A stretch of DNA of 64,000 nucleotides from Octopus sinensis (taxonomy: Eukaryota): NCBI RefSeq assembly GCF_006345805.1, contig NC_043002.1, forward strand, positions 22,630,001 through 22,694,000, in the 5' to 3' direction. The translations under genes and the position numbers were made by a program. The notes beneath the pieces were generated by a model. The model was not told the origin of the DNA, ran no database searches, and was given only the letters and a program-made list of their open reading frames with translations. Within the stretch, counting starts at the first letter, position 1, and each line of letters starts with the position of its first letter. This document shows, piece by piece, positions 26,461 to 39,920 of the stretch.

Positions 26461-26886
26461 ATAATAAATATAAATAAGCATAAAACCTAGTTTAGTACAA
26501 GTCTAGGACATTTACCACCCCCATGGACAATAAACCCCCACTAAGGACTATTACCCCCTGAGGACAACAGATAATGATTTAAAACTTCTTAATATATTGG
26601 ATAGGGGGTAATTAACCAAGCGGGGTGATTGTCCTAGTGGGTAGTAGTTGTCATTGGGGGGAATTGTCCCATGGCGGGGAGGGATTATCCAAGAGGGATA
26701 ATAGTCCTGATATGGTTTAGTACAGCACCAGAAAAGTGTGATTAAGGAAAGCCAGAATACTTAGGAGGGTTTTTAGCATCTAAGGTTACTTGTTGTAGCT
26801 CAATGTAAGGAATATTTCTTTCTCAACGGTCTAACGCATTGTGCATATGCAAAATAATATAAATAATAATAATAATAATTACTAAC

Positions 26887-27271
26887 CTATAAGGAATTTG
26901 TAGGGTAGAGTCTCTTCTCGCAGGTTGAAATGTGCAATATGTCCAACATTGCTGAACCCAGACACATTGTCAAAGCCTTTTGGCAGAATGGCTCGTAGAA
27001 TCTCAGAGGCATTCCAATTGTCATAACTCAACCCAATTTCTGCCCAGAACAGTGCTGTTTCAACATCAACACCTGCTTCGAGTAGCAACTGGCGTTCCTC
27101 CTCAGAGAAGCAGTCAGCATCTCGGTACTTGGACGGGTCGAAGAGAAATAGCCGGAAGTCATCATGATGTGGGTCGGACTCAGAAAGCTCTGCAATGGAT
27201 TTGATTTTTTTGAAGTGAGCCAAGGATTTCTTCAGACGCTTGCTGAGGAGGGAGATGTGTTTACGAGGTAC
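26887..27271 (-). CDS. TRMT5: TRMT5 coding exon 2
   Basis: ccag|GTACCT acceptor (phase 0), ATA G|gttagt donor (phase 1), 385 nt; ...EILRAILPKGFDNVSGFSNVGHIAHFNLREETLPYKFLI. Confidence 0.95.
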
Positions 27272-27276
27272 CTGGA

Positions 27277-27360
27277 ATAATAATGATAATAATAATAATA
27301 ATTATAATAATAATGATAATAATAATGATAATAATAATAATAATTATGATAATAATAATA

Positions 27361-27413
<53 letters not shown>
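27277..27413. repeat. (AAT/GAT)n microsatellite abutting the TRMT5 exon 2 acceptor
   Basis: Direct reading. Confidence 0.95.
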
Positions 27414-27414
27414 T

Positions 27415-27907
27415 TTGTCTTGGTATAAAAGATGGGCTACAGCAAATATTCTGCTCAATACCACAGATTTGCTTGTCAGTAGTTTGACCTTAACCAGTTG
27501 AGCATGTCCCTTAGTGACTGACGATATGTGCATCTCTGATCACGAGCAGAAGTAGTGGGGGAGCATCATAGCCGTGTGTTGAGAGGGATTCTTTGGGGCT
27601 TCAATAATTCACCTCTGGAAACATGGGTGGTTCTTTTAACATCCTTAAACAACCCTTATTCAGGGACCTTTTGAGCAGGATGGACTACTCAACCTGAAGA
27701 AAATTCTAACTGGGCCCCACCTGCAAGGTCATGTGCTGTTTATCTTGATATGAGATCACCATGTCGCGCACATATGGTTGTGATGCATGTGCCTGGTGTA
27801 CCCTTATCAGACGGGTAGTCATGATGGGTATATTGGGCTTCGTATATTTTACCCCAGTGTCACTTTGATGGCATGCACTGCTCTCTCACTCAATAATAAT
27901 AATAATA
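27415..27907 (+). mobile_element. (AAT)n-flanked dispersed repeat, copy 2 (5'-truncated)
   Basis: Matches ~25955-26440. Confidence 0.7.
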
Positions 27908-30439
27908 ATGGTTTCAAATTTTGCCTCAAAGGCAGCAATTTTGGGGGAGGGGATGAGTCGATTACATCGACCCCAGTGTTCAACTGGTACTTATTTTATC
28001 GACCCCAAAAGGATGAAAGGCAAAGTTGACCTCAGCGAAATTTGAACTCAGAACATAGTGGCAGACAAGATACCACTAAGCATTTTACCCAGAATGCTAA
28101 CAATTTCACCAGCTCGCCACCATAATAATAACAATAATTTCTTTTATTAACCACAGGGACACAGATGAGGTTGATATCACAAGGACAATCAACAATTTGT
28201 GGGGGGATTTATGTAAAAGATGAAAAGAAGGAAATGGAGAAGATGGTGAAATATGATAAAAGTATACAAAGTATATGATGAGATGAATGATGCAGTTCTC
28301 TTGATACAAGAGAAACTTCAACTAGGTCCTCTAAAGGCATCCAACACACCCAGAATTATCCTGACACAAGCCCATGACCAAATGCTGTTCTCCAATTTAC
28401 AGATATGTGCCTACAAGAGGGCCATTCACCCCAACCATTTTACCAACTGTAACCCATCTTTTCACAAATTCACCTTCCAGTGAATTTGTGAATTTCCACC
28501 CTCTCCAGCCTAACTTTCTCACGCAATAAATACCCTTGGCTATCTCTGTTTTTGCAATATTATTTGTAATGCAATACAGTTATGTTTGTTTGCATGCATG
28601 CATGCATCCATCCACCACCCACCCAGGCACAAGACCTGAAATTTTGGGGGTGGGGGCCAGTTGATGGGATCAACCCCAGTATGCAACTGGTACTTAATTT
28701 ATCGACCCCGAAAGAATGAAAAGCAAAGGCCACCTTGGCAGAATTTGATCTCAGAATGTAAAGACAGACAAAATACCTGCTTCTTTACTACCCACAAGGA
28801 GCTAAACACAGAGAGGACAAACAAGGACAGACAAACGGATTAAGCCGATTATATCGACCCCAGTGCGTAACTGGTACTTATTTAATCGACCCCGAATGAA
28901 AGGATGAAAGGCAAAGTCGACCTTGGCAGAATTTGAACTCAGAATGTAGAGGCAAACGAAATTCCGCTAAGCATTTCGCCTGGCATGCTAACACTTCTAC
29001 CAGCTCGCTGCCTTTATAACTGGTTAATATTAAAGAATAAAGATATTGAGTCAGAGTCAGTATAGTTTTACATAGAATATTGCAATAGTTACCATGAGAG
29101 AACTTCTCATATGAACTTGTGATGCATATAAGCACACCTGTTTATATCACTGGTGGGTGATAACTGCCTGCTATGACCCCCAGAACAACCAGATCACATG
29201 ATTTCGCCCTTCTTTGGATTTGTCAATGACAGATGTCCAGCTAGATATAGTAGCCAATTCCCTAATCAGTGGTATATCGAATCTCAGAATTCTGTTCAGG
29301 CACTAGTACCACAAATAGCCATTGGGCTTCAACAATTTAGCATTTAAACTGGTCATATCTGGCTTACATATTCAACCTGCTTTATGTTAAAACTGGACAG
29401 ACTTGGCCATGCTCAAGTGGTGTTTTTTACATACTACCTGAATATAAAAGGGTTAAAACAGTCGCCTGTGTTAATTTCTGTCACCCAGGTACCAGAAAAA
29501 TCTCTCCAACCTGATCATCTTCAATACAATCATTTATATGCATTAAAAAATTGTCATTTCTAACATCACATATTCCCATAAAGGAGACACAACCTTTCAC
29601 CTTCTCCTTAATGTTCTACACACAACTCTAAATCCTCAGACACATACTGCCTCTATGACCTCGAAACTACTTGACATCATTTTCACCTCTAACTCTAACC
29701 CCTCAGACAGTGTCTCCCATCATCATCATCCAGTATTTTAAATCTGGATTTTGTCCCCATTAACAGGGGGGTGGGGTGGATCTACCTCAATGCCATAGCA
29801 ACCAAGGTAGGTAAGTGCAGCCCACCAAAACCTTTACTATCATGAGGCATGTTTGGAGCTGGATTTTCTATAGGTTGCATACCCTTGCTTACCCACAACC
29901 TCAAAAAACTTCAGATCACTTTAACCCTTCTTTAAGTTTCTACACACAACTTTAATCTGTCAAGCATACAGCTCCCCATGACCTTCAAATGACAAATAGA
30001 AAACAAAGAGAAAGACACAATGATGAATGAACATGACGAAAACAGATTGGATCATAGGAGCAAGCATGGCTGTGTGGTAAGAAGTTTGCTGCCCAACCAC
30101 ATGATTCTGGGTTCAGTTCCATTGTGTGGCAGCTCAGGCAAGTGTCTTCTACTATAACCTTGGGTTGACCAAAACCTTGTGAATGATTTGGTAGACAGAA
30201 ACTGAAAGAAGCCTGTTGTGTGTGTGTGTGTGTGTGTGTGCCATTGTATCTGTGTTTGTTCCCCACCACTGCTTGACAACCGGTGTTGGTGTGTTTACAC
30301 CCCTGTAACTTAGTGGCTTGGCACAAGATATCGATAGCATAAGTACCAGGCTGAAATAATAATACACACAGCTGCACTCTGTAGTACAGTGAAAGTATGT
30401 GATAAGACTACTGAATAATAATAATAATAATAATAATAA

Positions 30440-31097
30440 ACTTTTCAGCTGGAAGCACAAGGTTTCAAATTTGGGGTAAGGGATTAAGTCGATTGCATCA
30501 ACCCCAGTGCGTAACTGGTACTTATTTAATCAACTCTGAAAGGATGAAAGGCAAAGTTAACCTCGGCTGAATTTGAACTCAAAATGTAAAGACTGATGAA
30601 ATGCTGCTAAGCATGTCATCCAGCATGCTAAAGATTCTGCCAGTTCACCACCTTAGTCATAATAATAATCCTTTCTACTATAGGCACAAGGCCTGAAATT
30701 TGGAGGGAAGGGGTTAGTCGATTACATCAACCCCAGTACGCAACTGGTACTTAATTTATCAACTCCAAAAGGATGAAAGGCAAAGGCAACCTCGACAGAA
30801 TTTGAACTCAGAACGTAAGGACAGACGAAATACCGCTAAGCATTTTGTCTAGCATGCTAACAACTCTGCCAGCTTGCAGCCTTAATAAAAATAATAATGA
30901 TAACAATGAATTCAAATTTTTCCTCAAAGGCAGCCATTATATCGACCCCAGTGTTCAACTGGTACTTAATTTATCAACCCCAAAAAGATGAAAGACAAAG
31001 TCGACCTTGGAGGAATTTGAACTCAGAATGTAGCAATAGAGAAAATACTTCTTAGCATTTTGCTCGATGTGCTAACAATTCTACCAGCTTGCTGCCG
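30440..31097 (-). mobile_element. Three stacked copies of tRNA-derived SINE family B separated by (AAT)n
   Basis: Each is the reverse complement of GGCGGCGAGCTGGCAGAA...GAGTTCAAATTCCGCCGAGGTCGACTTTGCC...; many other copies (e.g. 5520-5830, 8230-8545, 9660-9860, 25620-25820, 27910-28120, 28640-29015, 32250-32620, 40505-40738, 58326-58560, 58570-58945). Confidence 0.8.
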
Positions 31098-31128
31098 TAA
31101 GAATAATAATAACTGATAATAATAATAA

Positions 31129-32252
31129 TGCAGATTCTGTGACACATTTGACGAAACAATAGACCATCTCGTCTCGGGATGTCCTGTGTTAACAACAAAT
31201 GAATACAAAAATAGCCACAATAGGGTAGGACAGTATTTACATTGGAAAATATGTAAACACTACAAAATCAACACTCTTGCTTACTGGTATGAACATCATC
31301 CTGAGCCAGATGTTAAAGGAAAGATGTCACTATCTTCTGGGATTTTCCAGTCAACACAGACAGAATGATCCAGGCTAATCGACCAGACATAATCATTAAA
31401 GACAGAGAAGAAAATATTTGTAGATTAACAGATGTAAGTGTTCCCACTGATAAAAAATATCTGTAAAAGAATTTGACAAACTGTTTGTGTGGTAAGTAGC
31501 TTGCTTACCAACCACATGGTTCCGGGTTCAGTTCCACTGCATTGCACCTTGGGCAAGTGTCTCCTACTATAGCCTTGGGCTGACCAAAGCTTTGTGAGTG
31601 GATTTGGTAGACGGAAACTGAAAGAACCCTGTTGTGTGTGTGTGTATATATATATATGTATATGTTTGTGTGTCTGTGTTTGTCCACCCAACATTGCTTG
31701 ACAACTGATGCTGGTGTGTTTACATCCCCGTCACCTAGCAGTTTGGCAAGAGAGACAGATAGAATAAGTACTAGGCTTACAAAGAATAAGTCCTGGGGTC
31801 TTTTGCTCAACTAAAGGCAGTGCTCCAGCATGGCCGCAGTCAAATGACTGAAATTAATACAAGAATGAGGACATGGAAATTGAAATACAAAAGATGTGGC
31901 ATCTTAAAACAAGAACTGTTCCTGTTATTGTGGGAGTCCTAGTTATGATAAAAAAAAAAAGGGATGTCAGAAACATCTAAAGAAAATCCCAGGAGAACCA
32001 TGTCTCAGAGAAATCCAAAAGATTGTGCTGACAAGTACTGCCCACAATCTTAGAAAAACCCTATCCATTTAAATGTTTGGGTTGTATTACAGGACGATAT
32101 TTCGCTAGTGACCCTGCCACTCCCCTCCCCCAAGCTTCCAGTCATACTGTAATATCTCTTATCCTTCACTCGCTCCAGGACACTAGGTGTGTTTCGGCAA
32201 GTGATTGTAACAAACATGCAGATTAAAAGTAAAACATAATAATAATAATAAT
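31129..32252 (+). mobile_element. 3' fragment of an R4/Dong-type non-LTR element (CCHC knuckle plus restriction-like endonuclease), interrupted by a family A SINE at ~31487-31862
   Basis: CRFCDTFDETIDHLVSGC, WDFPVNTDRMIQANRPDIIIKD, DVSVPTDKNISVKEFDKL, then EIEIQKMWHLKTRTVPVIVGVL; stop at 32070-32072; (AAT)n on both flanks. Confidence 0.8.
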
Positions 32253-32617
32253 GGTTTCAAATTTTTCCACAAGGGCAGCAATTTTGGGGGAAGGGATGAG
32301 TTGATTAAATGGACCCCAGCGTTTAACTGGTACTTATTTTATTGACCCCAAAAGGATGAAAGGTGAAGTCGACCTTGGCGGAATCTGAACTCAGAACGTA
32401 CCAATGGGCGAAATACCGCTAAGCATTTTGTCCAATGCATTAACGATTCTGCCAACTCACCTTATAATAATAATAATAATAATAATCTTTTCTACTCTAA
32501 GCACAAGGCTTGAAATTTTGGGAGGGGGGGGGCAGTTAATTACATCGACCCCAGTACGCAACTGGTACTTAATTTATCGATATTGGACGGATGAAAGGCA
32601 AAGCCGACTCTGGCAGA

Positions 32618-32677
<60 letters not shown>

Positions 32678-33560
32678 CACTAGGGTAGATTCATTCGACT
32701 AAAAATTCTTGAAGGAGGTGCTCCAGCATGACCGTAGTTTAATGACTGCAACAAGTAAAAGGTAGAAGATATGCAATAATAACGAGGTTATCGTATACAG
32801 TGCTCAACAGCTCTACAACTTGATATAAAAGAGTAAAGGAGGGGGGACAGAAATCAGCAATAAGTGAAGTAAAGAAAGCGAACAATGATAAGGAGAAGTG
32901 AATTCATATAGTGCACAAGACAAACATCACAAAAAAAATAAAATAAAAATAGAATAGAGCCGAAAAAAAAAAAGAGAGGAAAGGGTGCATAGGTATGCTA
33001 GGAGTAGTGTTAGTGTTAGCGAATTACAAAAAGCAGTTTTGAAGGATATTGTACTGACAGCTAACAACTAACGCAGGAAGTTTTTTTTTTTTTTTTACTT
33101 TTTCTTTTTTTCCCAGGCTTTCGTTAATTCAAGGCGTAGAAAAATGTCTACATGTTTCGCGGGCAGAGGGGGCTTGACTAACAACAAAAATTAGAACATC
33201 TAATAATAATAATAATAATAATAATAATTGCTCGAGTATTATTAAGTGTCCTAGTTTTCTTTTCGCTTCTAATTTGTTCTTTCACACAAAAAGTCAGACG
33301 TCGTTTGTATCCAACAGAAATAATTCCTTTATTTGAAGTTAAATAAACAGAGGTGTGTTTTTTTATACTATCAACTAAAATGATATTTTACGCTTAGGAT
33401 GCAAAGCAAGAAATGTTAAGTTTTACGATTACTTATCGAACTTTGAATAGAATTCTTCGTTTTGGACTTTTCTAAAATAACCACTAAATATAAAGTATGT
33501 TTTTAGTCCTTCAAGCCGATTACATAACACAGTACCCATTAGTAATTATACATACATATA

Positions 33561-33605
<45 letters not shown>

Positions 33606-34182
33606 TACACACAAACATATATTATCACCACTGAGCATCCATACTAATAGTGAGTATTAACATTTGACAACTATACAAATGTACGCATACATACACACAG
33701 ATTCTGATGACAGTAGGTCGAACCTTCGAAGTCATTGTAAAAATTTTTTCCTTGTGAAAGAAATAATAAATAAATAAATAAATACGGCGCACTAATGAAA
33801 AGCATGAGTGGACTATTTTTTTTCTTACAATTTTACATCAAAGCAAATACACACACATACACACACACATATATATATATAAAGATTTCTTACACACACA
33901 TACGTACATACATACATGCATGCAAGTAGTAACACGAACAAAGAGATATTCAAAATACTCAACAAGGGGTAAAATATTTATTGTAAAGAAACCAGTTCAA
34001 CTTGACTACTCTTCCGTTTAAGTTTCATTCGAAGGAAAAATAAAAAAAAGAGCTCAGAATCTTAGCATGAAACTTAAAAGAACAAAACAACTGCTTGATC
34101 AACTGTTCGTCTATAATGAGAGCACGGAATAGCCTAACGCATTTCCAAAGACCATGCATGGAATGCCAAAAATAAAAGCAAT

Positions 34183-34227
<45 letters not shown>

Positions 34228-36117
34228 CTGTGAATATAACCTCGTATTACATTTTTTTGATACTGTCAAGGTCGACTAGGTATAATATTTGTCATCGGAA
34301 AAATATTTACTAGACCTCATTAATGGCCTGTTTTTGTTGTTGTTTAAATCTCCAAGGTCGGCTCTCATTAAGTATACCCCTGACTGTATTACGTAATATA
34401 TTCCTTGTTTTCAAGGCTGTTATTTCGTAAGAGGGCCCCCAACAGTGAATCTATAAACGAACTGTTACTGTGAAAAATTAATCAATAGTGGCGTATGGGA
34501 AGAAATTAAAAGATTACACTGACGATTTTTAAATATTGCATCACCATTCAACATGCTAGAAATAGCAACAAAATTTGCTTTAAATCATATCCAGCTGTCT
34601 TAAAGAAAGTAGTGGATAGTGATAAAAAGTGGTCCGGATATCCCGGAGTTTAAGCGCCGAAACAAAGTTTTCAAAACGGAAAATATGTTGCCTGTTTCCT
34701 TTACAACATGCAAAAATACGCATTATTAACAAAAAAGCAAAGTCCCAGTGGTGAGGGTAGGGAACACTAAGCTGTAATAATGCATCCCCCCTCCCCGCCC
34801 CCTAAAAAGGATGGCCACAGTTGGAACGCCTTAACACACCACGAAATCCTGTGGTCTTCACGTATATGTCAACGCCTTCAGCCATACGGCTGATCTAAGA
34901 TGATGGTGATCGATACGGTTAGAACATCAGCTCAAAGTAACTCGTGGTATTTGATTACGGCCCTTTACGTTCTGAGCTCAAATCCCGCCGATGTCAACAC
35001 TGCTCTTCGTTCTTCTGGGTTTAATATAGTCAAGTATCGGAGTTGATCTAGATTCATTTTATGCACCCCGGATGTGAATAAAATTATAAACGGACTTGGG
35101 TTCGAACAACACCAATCCAGACAGAAACAAGCTTCTACGAGGTCGTTGGACCTATTAGAAATGGCATAAAAATCCCTTCAAATCACACCCAACTGTCTTA
35201 AAGAACGAATATATTGGATTATGTGGTCCCAGGTATAGGAAAGGGTGGAATGATCACAACTGTATAGCCTTTGACCGTAGATTGCTTGATCAGACCCGGC
35301 TTAAGGCTAAAACAATAGCAACAATTACAACATTCAAAGAATTGTGTGACAAGAATTCCGATCAAAGTCCGAAAAGTTAATCGAAGTATTTATTTTCTTT
35401 TGCACAGTAACCATAAACAGGAATGTCAACTGTCGTGAAAAGTTGACAACATAAAATATGTAAAAGAAGTTCTACGTCGTTGGTTTAAAAAAGGGGGGGG
35501 GCTTGGTACAAGCAGCTCTTCGTTGTAGGTGTTTTTTTTTTTTAAATCAAAACAAAAAAAAGGCGTTATTTTCGATATTTGAACAGACTTCAAGTCTTGA
35601 GATGCAGTGGAACTGCTGTCCACACAAGCAGGAAATAGCCATTCGTTTGCTCGTTTAGAGAATATGTACTCAACACCCATAGACAAACAAATAAGAAAGG
35701 ATATGAGCAGAAACAAGAGACGGTGCTAAGCAGCTCTGCCTCGTTGTTGCGTTGTTGAATTGGGTGTGTTTAGTTTGTTAATATTTCGATGTGTGAACGA
35801 AAGTCTGAGCGTGGAAGTAGCTGAGTAATAAAAATTATAAACGGATTAACATATTGTTGATCAAGAATAGAGCTTCGACGCAGTCGTTAGACATGCTAGA
35901 AACTACAGCCAAATTTGTTTCAGTAACACCCTTTATTTGTTCTAAAAGAAAAGCAAACGGGTGACCAAAATGATAAGTTCAGGATATATATATAAAAGAA
36001 TAAAAAAAGATGGGTTGGTCACGGTTTGATTGCTTTTGATCGTAGGTCTACTCTATCAGGACTTATACAGGGTTAAACGACAACACGGGGAGTGCAAAGA
36101 GTCTAACAAACACATAC

Positions 36118-36525
36118 CTTTAAAGCTGGGACTAATATCGTTTGTTTAAAAGCCGATCTGTCCAGTTGAGTCATTCCTCTCACCGATTCCGGTGGCAGGA
36201 GACTTTCTTCGATTTCTTCGCAGGGGAAAACATCACTGGACATGACCGGGTAATAATATCGATTTCTTAACGACAACGGTAATATTGATTTCTTTGATGG
36301 TGAGGAGATATTAGCGCCGTCCACGCCACCAATCAACTTTCGCACAAATGAAATACATAAAATCCAAATTGGTGGCGTTGTTCTGTTGTTGATTGGTGTG
36401 TCCACTTTGTAAATATTTCGATGTGAAAGCGAAAGTCTGGGGCGTGGAACTTGTCGAGTGGTAAAATCGGAAAATTTTTTCAGCGAACACAAAACGTTAC
36501 GTAGTTTTTTATGCCATGTGTTCAT
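36118..36525 (-). CDS. TRMT5: TRMT5 coding exon 1 (ATG 36525; alternative in-frame ATG 36243)
   Basis: LLPPESVRGMTQLDRSAFKQTILVPALK matches recalled human [28 protein letters not shown]; donor AAG|gtatgt, phase 0. Exons 1-4 sum to 1827 nt (608 aa plus stop) from the first ATG. Which start is used is uncertain. Confidence 0.9.
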
Positions 36526-38630
36526 TGCTATAACCGGTGTACATAGTGACTATAGTTCTCTGCGAAAAATTTTCCAAATCTATTTTGTCTTTCTGTTATT
36601 TTTTAAATAAAGGCTCTATAATTTCTCTCATTATTTTGTTACTCTATTTAGCAATTTTCTGTTGGTTTTATTTCTATTTGATTCTTTTCACTGATAACAT
36701 TTTAATACTTTTACTGGGTTACCAACATTTTAAAGAAAACATAACTCGTGATACAAAACATGTTTAATACCGCAAGAGTTCACTCCCATAACGGTGTCAC
36801 CCAGGGATTTAGTTCTCTCTCTTTTTTCTTTTTTTCGTTCCTTTTAAATCATCTTTCACTGGTTGCTTTATTAGATACTTGTTACATTTACTTTTACTGT
36901 TTTAGTAATAGTGAATGTCAATGTTGTTGAACCCGTTCGGTTTGAAAACTAATTACCCAACAAAAATGACGTGACTAGTTAAACAAAAATTGAACTAAAT
37001 TGAACATAGGCGCAGGAGTGGCTCTATATACCTACTTCACCCTTTTATGTTTGCCTGTTCTTGTTCGTCCCCTCTTTGTAATGCCTTCATGGCAAATATT
37101 TATGAAATAAAGTAGCTTGCTTACCAACCACATGGTTCCGGGTTCATTCCCACTGCGTGTCACCTTGGGCAAGCGTCTTCTACTATAGACTCGGGCCGAC
37201 CAAATTTGGCAGACGGAAACTGAAAGAAGCCCGTCGTATATATGTATATATATATGTGTGTGTGTGTTTATGTGTTTGTGTTTGTCCCCCCAACATCGCT
37301 TGACAACAGATGGTGGAGTGTTTACGTCCCCGTAACTTAGCGGTTCGGCAATAGGGCCCGATATAATTAAGTACTAGGCTTACAAAGAATAAGTCCTGGG
37401 GTCGATTTGCTTGACTAAAGGCGTTGCTCCAGCATGGCCACAAATGACTGAAACAAGTAAAAGAGTAAAGCAAATTAATTGACATGTTACAAAAAAAGTT
37501 CTTAATAGTTACAAATTCTGGCACAAGGCCAGCAATTTCGGAGAAGGTGTAAGTCGATTACATTGGTTCTAGTACTTATCTGGTACTCATTTTATCGACC
37601 CCCAAAAAGATGAAAGGCAAAGTTGACCTCAGCGGAATTTGAACTCAGAAAGTAAAGACAGACGAAATGTTGCTCACCGCCTTAAATGTCCCCTAGACTT
37701 ACTCTTGTTGACCACATTTACTTTGAAAACATATTTGACTTCCGTTATGGATAATGGAACTAAACGAAGAAGCTTGAAATAGGCGCCAAATATTCCTCAA
37801 ATTGCACCACGAGGTCAACTTTGCCATACCTCCCTCAGAGGTCAGTCAATTAGAGTACCAGATAAATACTAAGGTCAATATAATCGACTTGCACCCTCCC
37901 CTCAAAATCGCTGGTCATGTGCCAAAATTAGAATGAATTATTATTATCATTATTATTGTTGTTGTTGTTTTTACTTGTAACGTTTTATTTATTTTGCTGA
38001 TAGAGAACTGACGAGTGAGAATACGTCTACCAAAGTCGTCCAGTTTAACTGATGGTTAGACTGTCACACTACAGAGATCAGTTGTTTAAAATGTAAACCC
38101 AGCTCGCCATACACTTTATGGAAATGAGTAGTTTGATCATCAGCTAGGTGGTAAAATAGTATAACTGAGAAGAAAGACATGTGGGTTACACTTTATCGTT
38201 CAGTTGCCACCTGTATGCTATAGGACTACTCGATCACGCGGAACCAAGGACAACACTTCAACTGCACCACCTGGTCCTTGGGTGGCCTTCGCGAAGTTCA
38301 CGTTCTTGAAAGCATTTAACTAGATGCCTCATTCCTTATCTGTCATTCGGTCACTTCTGGTTCCCTTTTTGTCCGAGGATTTCCGAGGTTGCAGATGTCC
38401 AACCTGGGCATCAATTGAATATTTCCCTTCCAGCCCGAGAGAAACATGCAAAGGATTTGGGTAGTGCCTCTACATCTCTGAGTAATTTCAGCATTTTGTT
38501 TTTAAAGTCAAAATCGTAGCTAGCTGCGAAAGGTCCTCAGTATCCCCTTCAGGATAGGATTTCAAAGGAGAGAACATATTCTATTGGGAGACCTTGGATT
38601 TGGCCCAGAACGAGATGATTAGATAATATA

Positions 38631-39920
38631 CGAGGGGCGTTCAATAAGTAATGCCCCTGACCCACTTCCTATAGCAGTAGAGCAACGAAACTTTGCACAG
38701 TTATTAGTCTTTCTCTACATAGGAACCACCCAGAGTTACGCATTTCTCCCATCGTTTGATACAGCTCTGGAGACCGTTTTTTTAGAAGACCCAGCTTGGT
38801 CCTCCAACCACGACGTGACTTCAGAAATCAAGGCTGCATCATCTGGGAAACGCTTTCCTTTCAAAAACAACTTCATGGCTGGGAAGAGGTGAAAATCAGA
38901 GGGTGCAAGGTCAGGAGAGTAGGGGGATGGGAGAGGAGTTCATAGCAGCACGCCTGTGCTTCTGATCTGGCGACAAGCGAGTTGTGGACCGGAGCGTTGT
39001 CCTGCAGGAGGAGGATGCCTTTGCTGATCTTGCCCCGCCTCTTGATTTTGATAGTTTCTCTTAATTTCCTCAAAAGTGAAGCATAATAGGCTCCTGTAAT
39101 TGTGGTACCCTTTGCCAGGAAATCTGTTATCAATACTCCGTCCTGGTCCCAGAAGACTGTGAGCATGACCTTGCCAGCGGAGGGCTGCACCCTTGCCTTC
39201 TTTGGAGGAGTTGAGTCACGGTGCTTCCACTGCATTGACTGGGCTTTGGTCTCTGGATCATAGTGATGGAACCAGGTTTCATCCTGTGTAATCAGTTTTT
39301 TGAAAAATTTTGACTCATCTTCTTGGCACATCTCCAAATTCATCCTCGAGCACTCAACGCGTTCTTGCTTCTGGAAAGGTGTGAGCAACTTGGGAATCCA
39401 TCTGGCAGAGACCTTTTGCATATGCAAATGGTCATGAATGATAGTTTCCACAGACCCGGTACTAATCTTGACCTCATGGGCTATTTGGCGAATAGTTATT
39501 CGTCGATCTTCCAAAATGGCAGCCTCAACTTGACGGACAGATGCCTCATCAATTGCAGAAGTGGGGCGACCAGATCTGGGAGCTGTTTCCACCGAGTTCC
39601 GACCATGTTTGAATTCACGATGCCAGCGTTTTACAAGGTCATATGATGGGGCATCGTTACCATAAGTTACTTTCATTTCATCAAAAGTCTCCCGTGGTGT
39701 GCGTCCTTTCAAATACAAAAACCAGATCACTACTCGACACTCAACAGGCTCCATTTCACACTTGACTCAGTTCAAACACCTGTAAATCAGAAACCCCGAT
39801 TAGTTCAGAGCTGTAATTTGCCACCTACTCTATAGAGATATAAATAATTGCACACGCAAAATTTCAGCTAGCTCCAACAATGCAAGTGGGTCAGGGACAT
39901 TACTTATTGAACGCCCCTCG
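38631..39920 (-). mobile_element. Full-length mariner (D,D34D) transposon, 1290 bp
   Basis: 37-bp TIRs CGAGGGGCGTTCAATAAGTAATG(C/T)CCCTGACCCACTT with 1 mismatch, TA target duplications at 38629-30 and 39921-22. Confidence 0.95.
38704..39754 (-). pseudogene. Mariner transposase with two frameshifts near the C-terminus
   Basis: WIPKLL, TQDETW, QDNAPVH, and after a frameshift in the HPP codons YSPDLAPSD (34 residues between the 2nd and 3rd Asp); second frameshift ~38780; original stop at 38704-38706. Confidence 0.9.

Noticed and set aside
33704-33740. Hammerhead-like CTGATGA...GAAG
   Set aside because: GAAA is replaced by GAAG and stems I and III do not form.
38140-38628. Possible decayed LINE segment (GHPRTRW-like motif, minus strand)
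   Set aside because: Too degenerate to support without a search.
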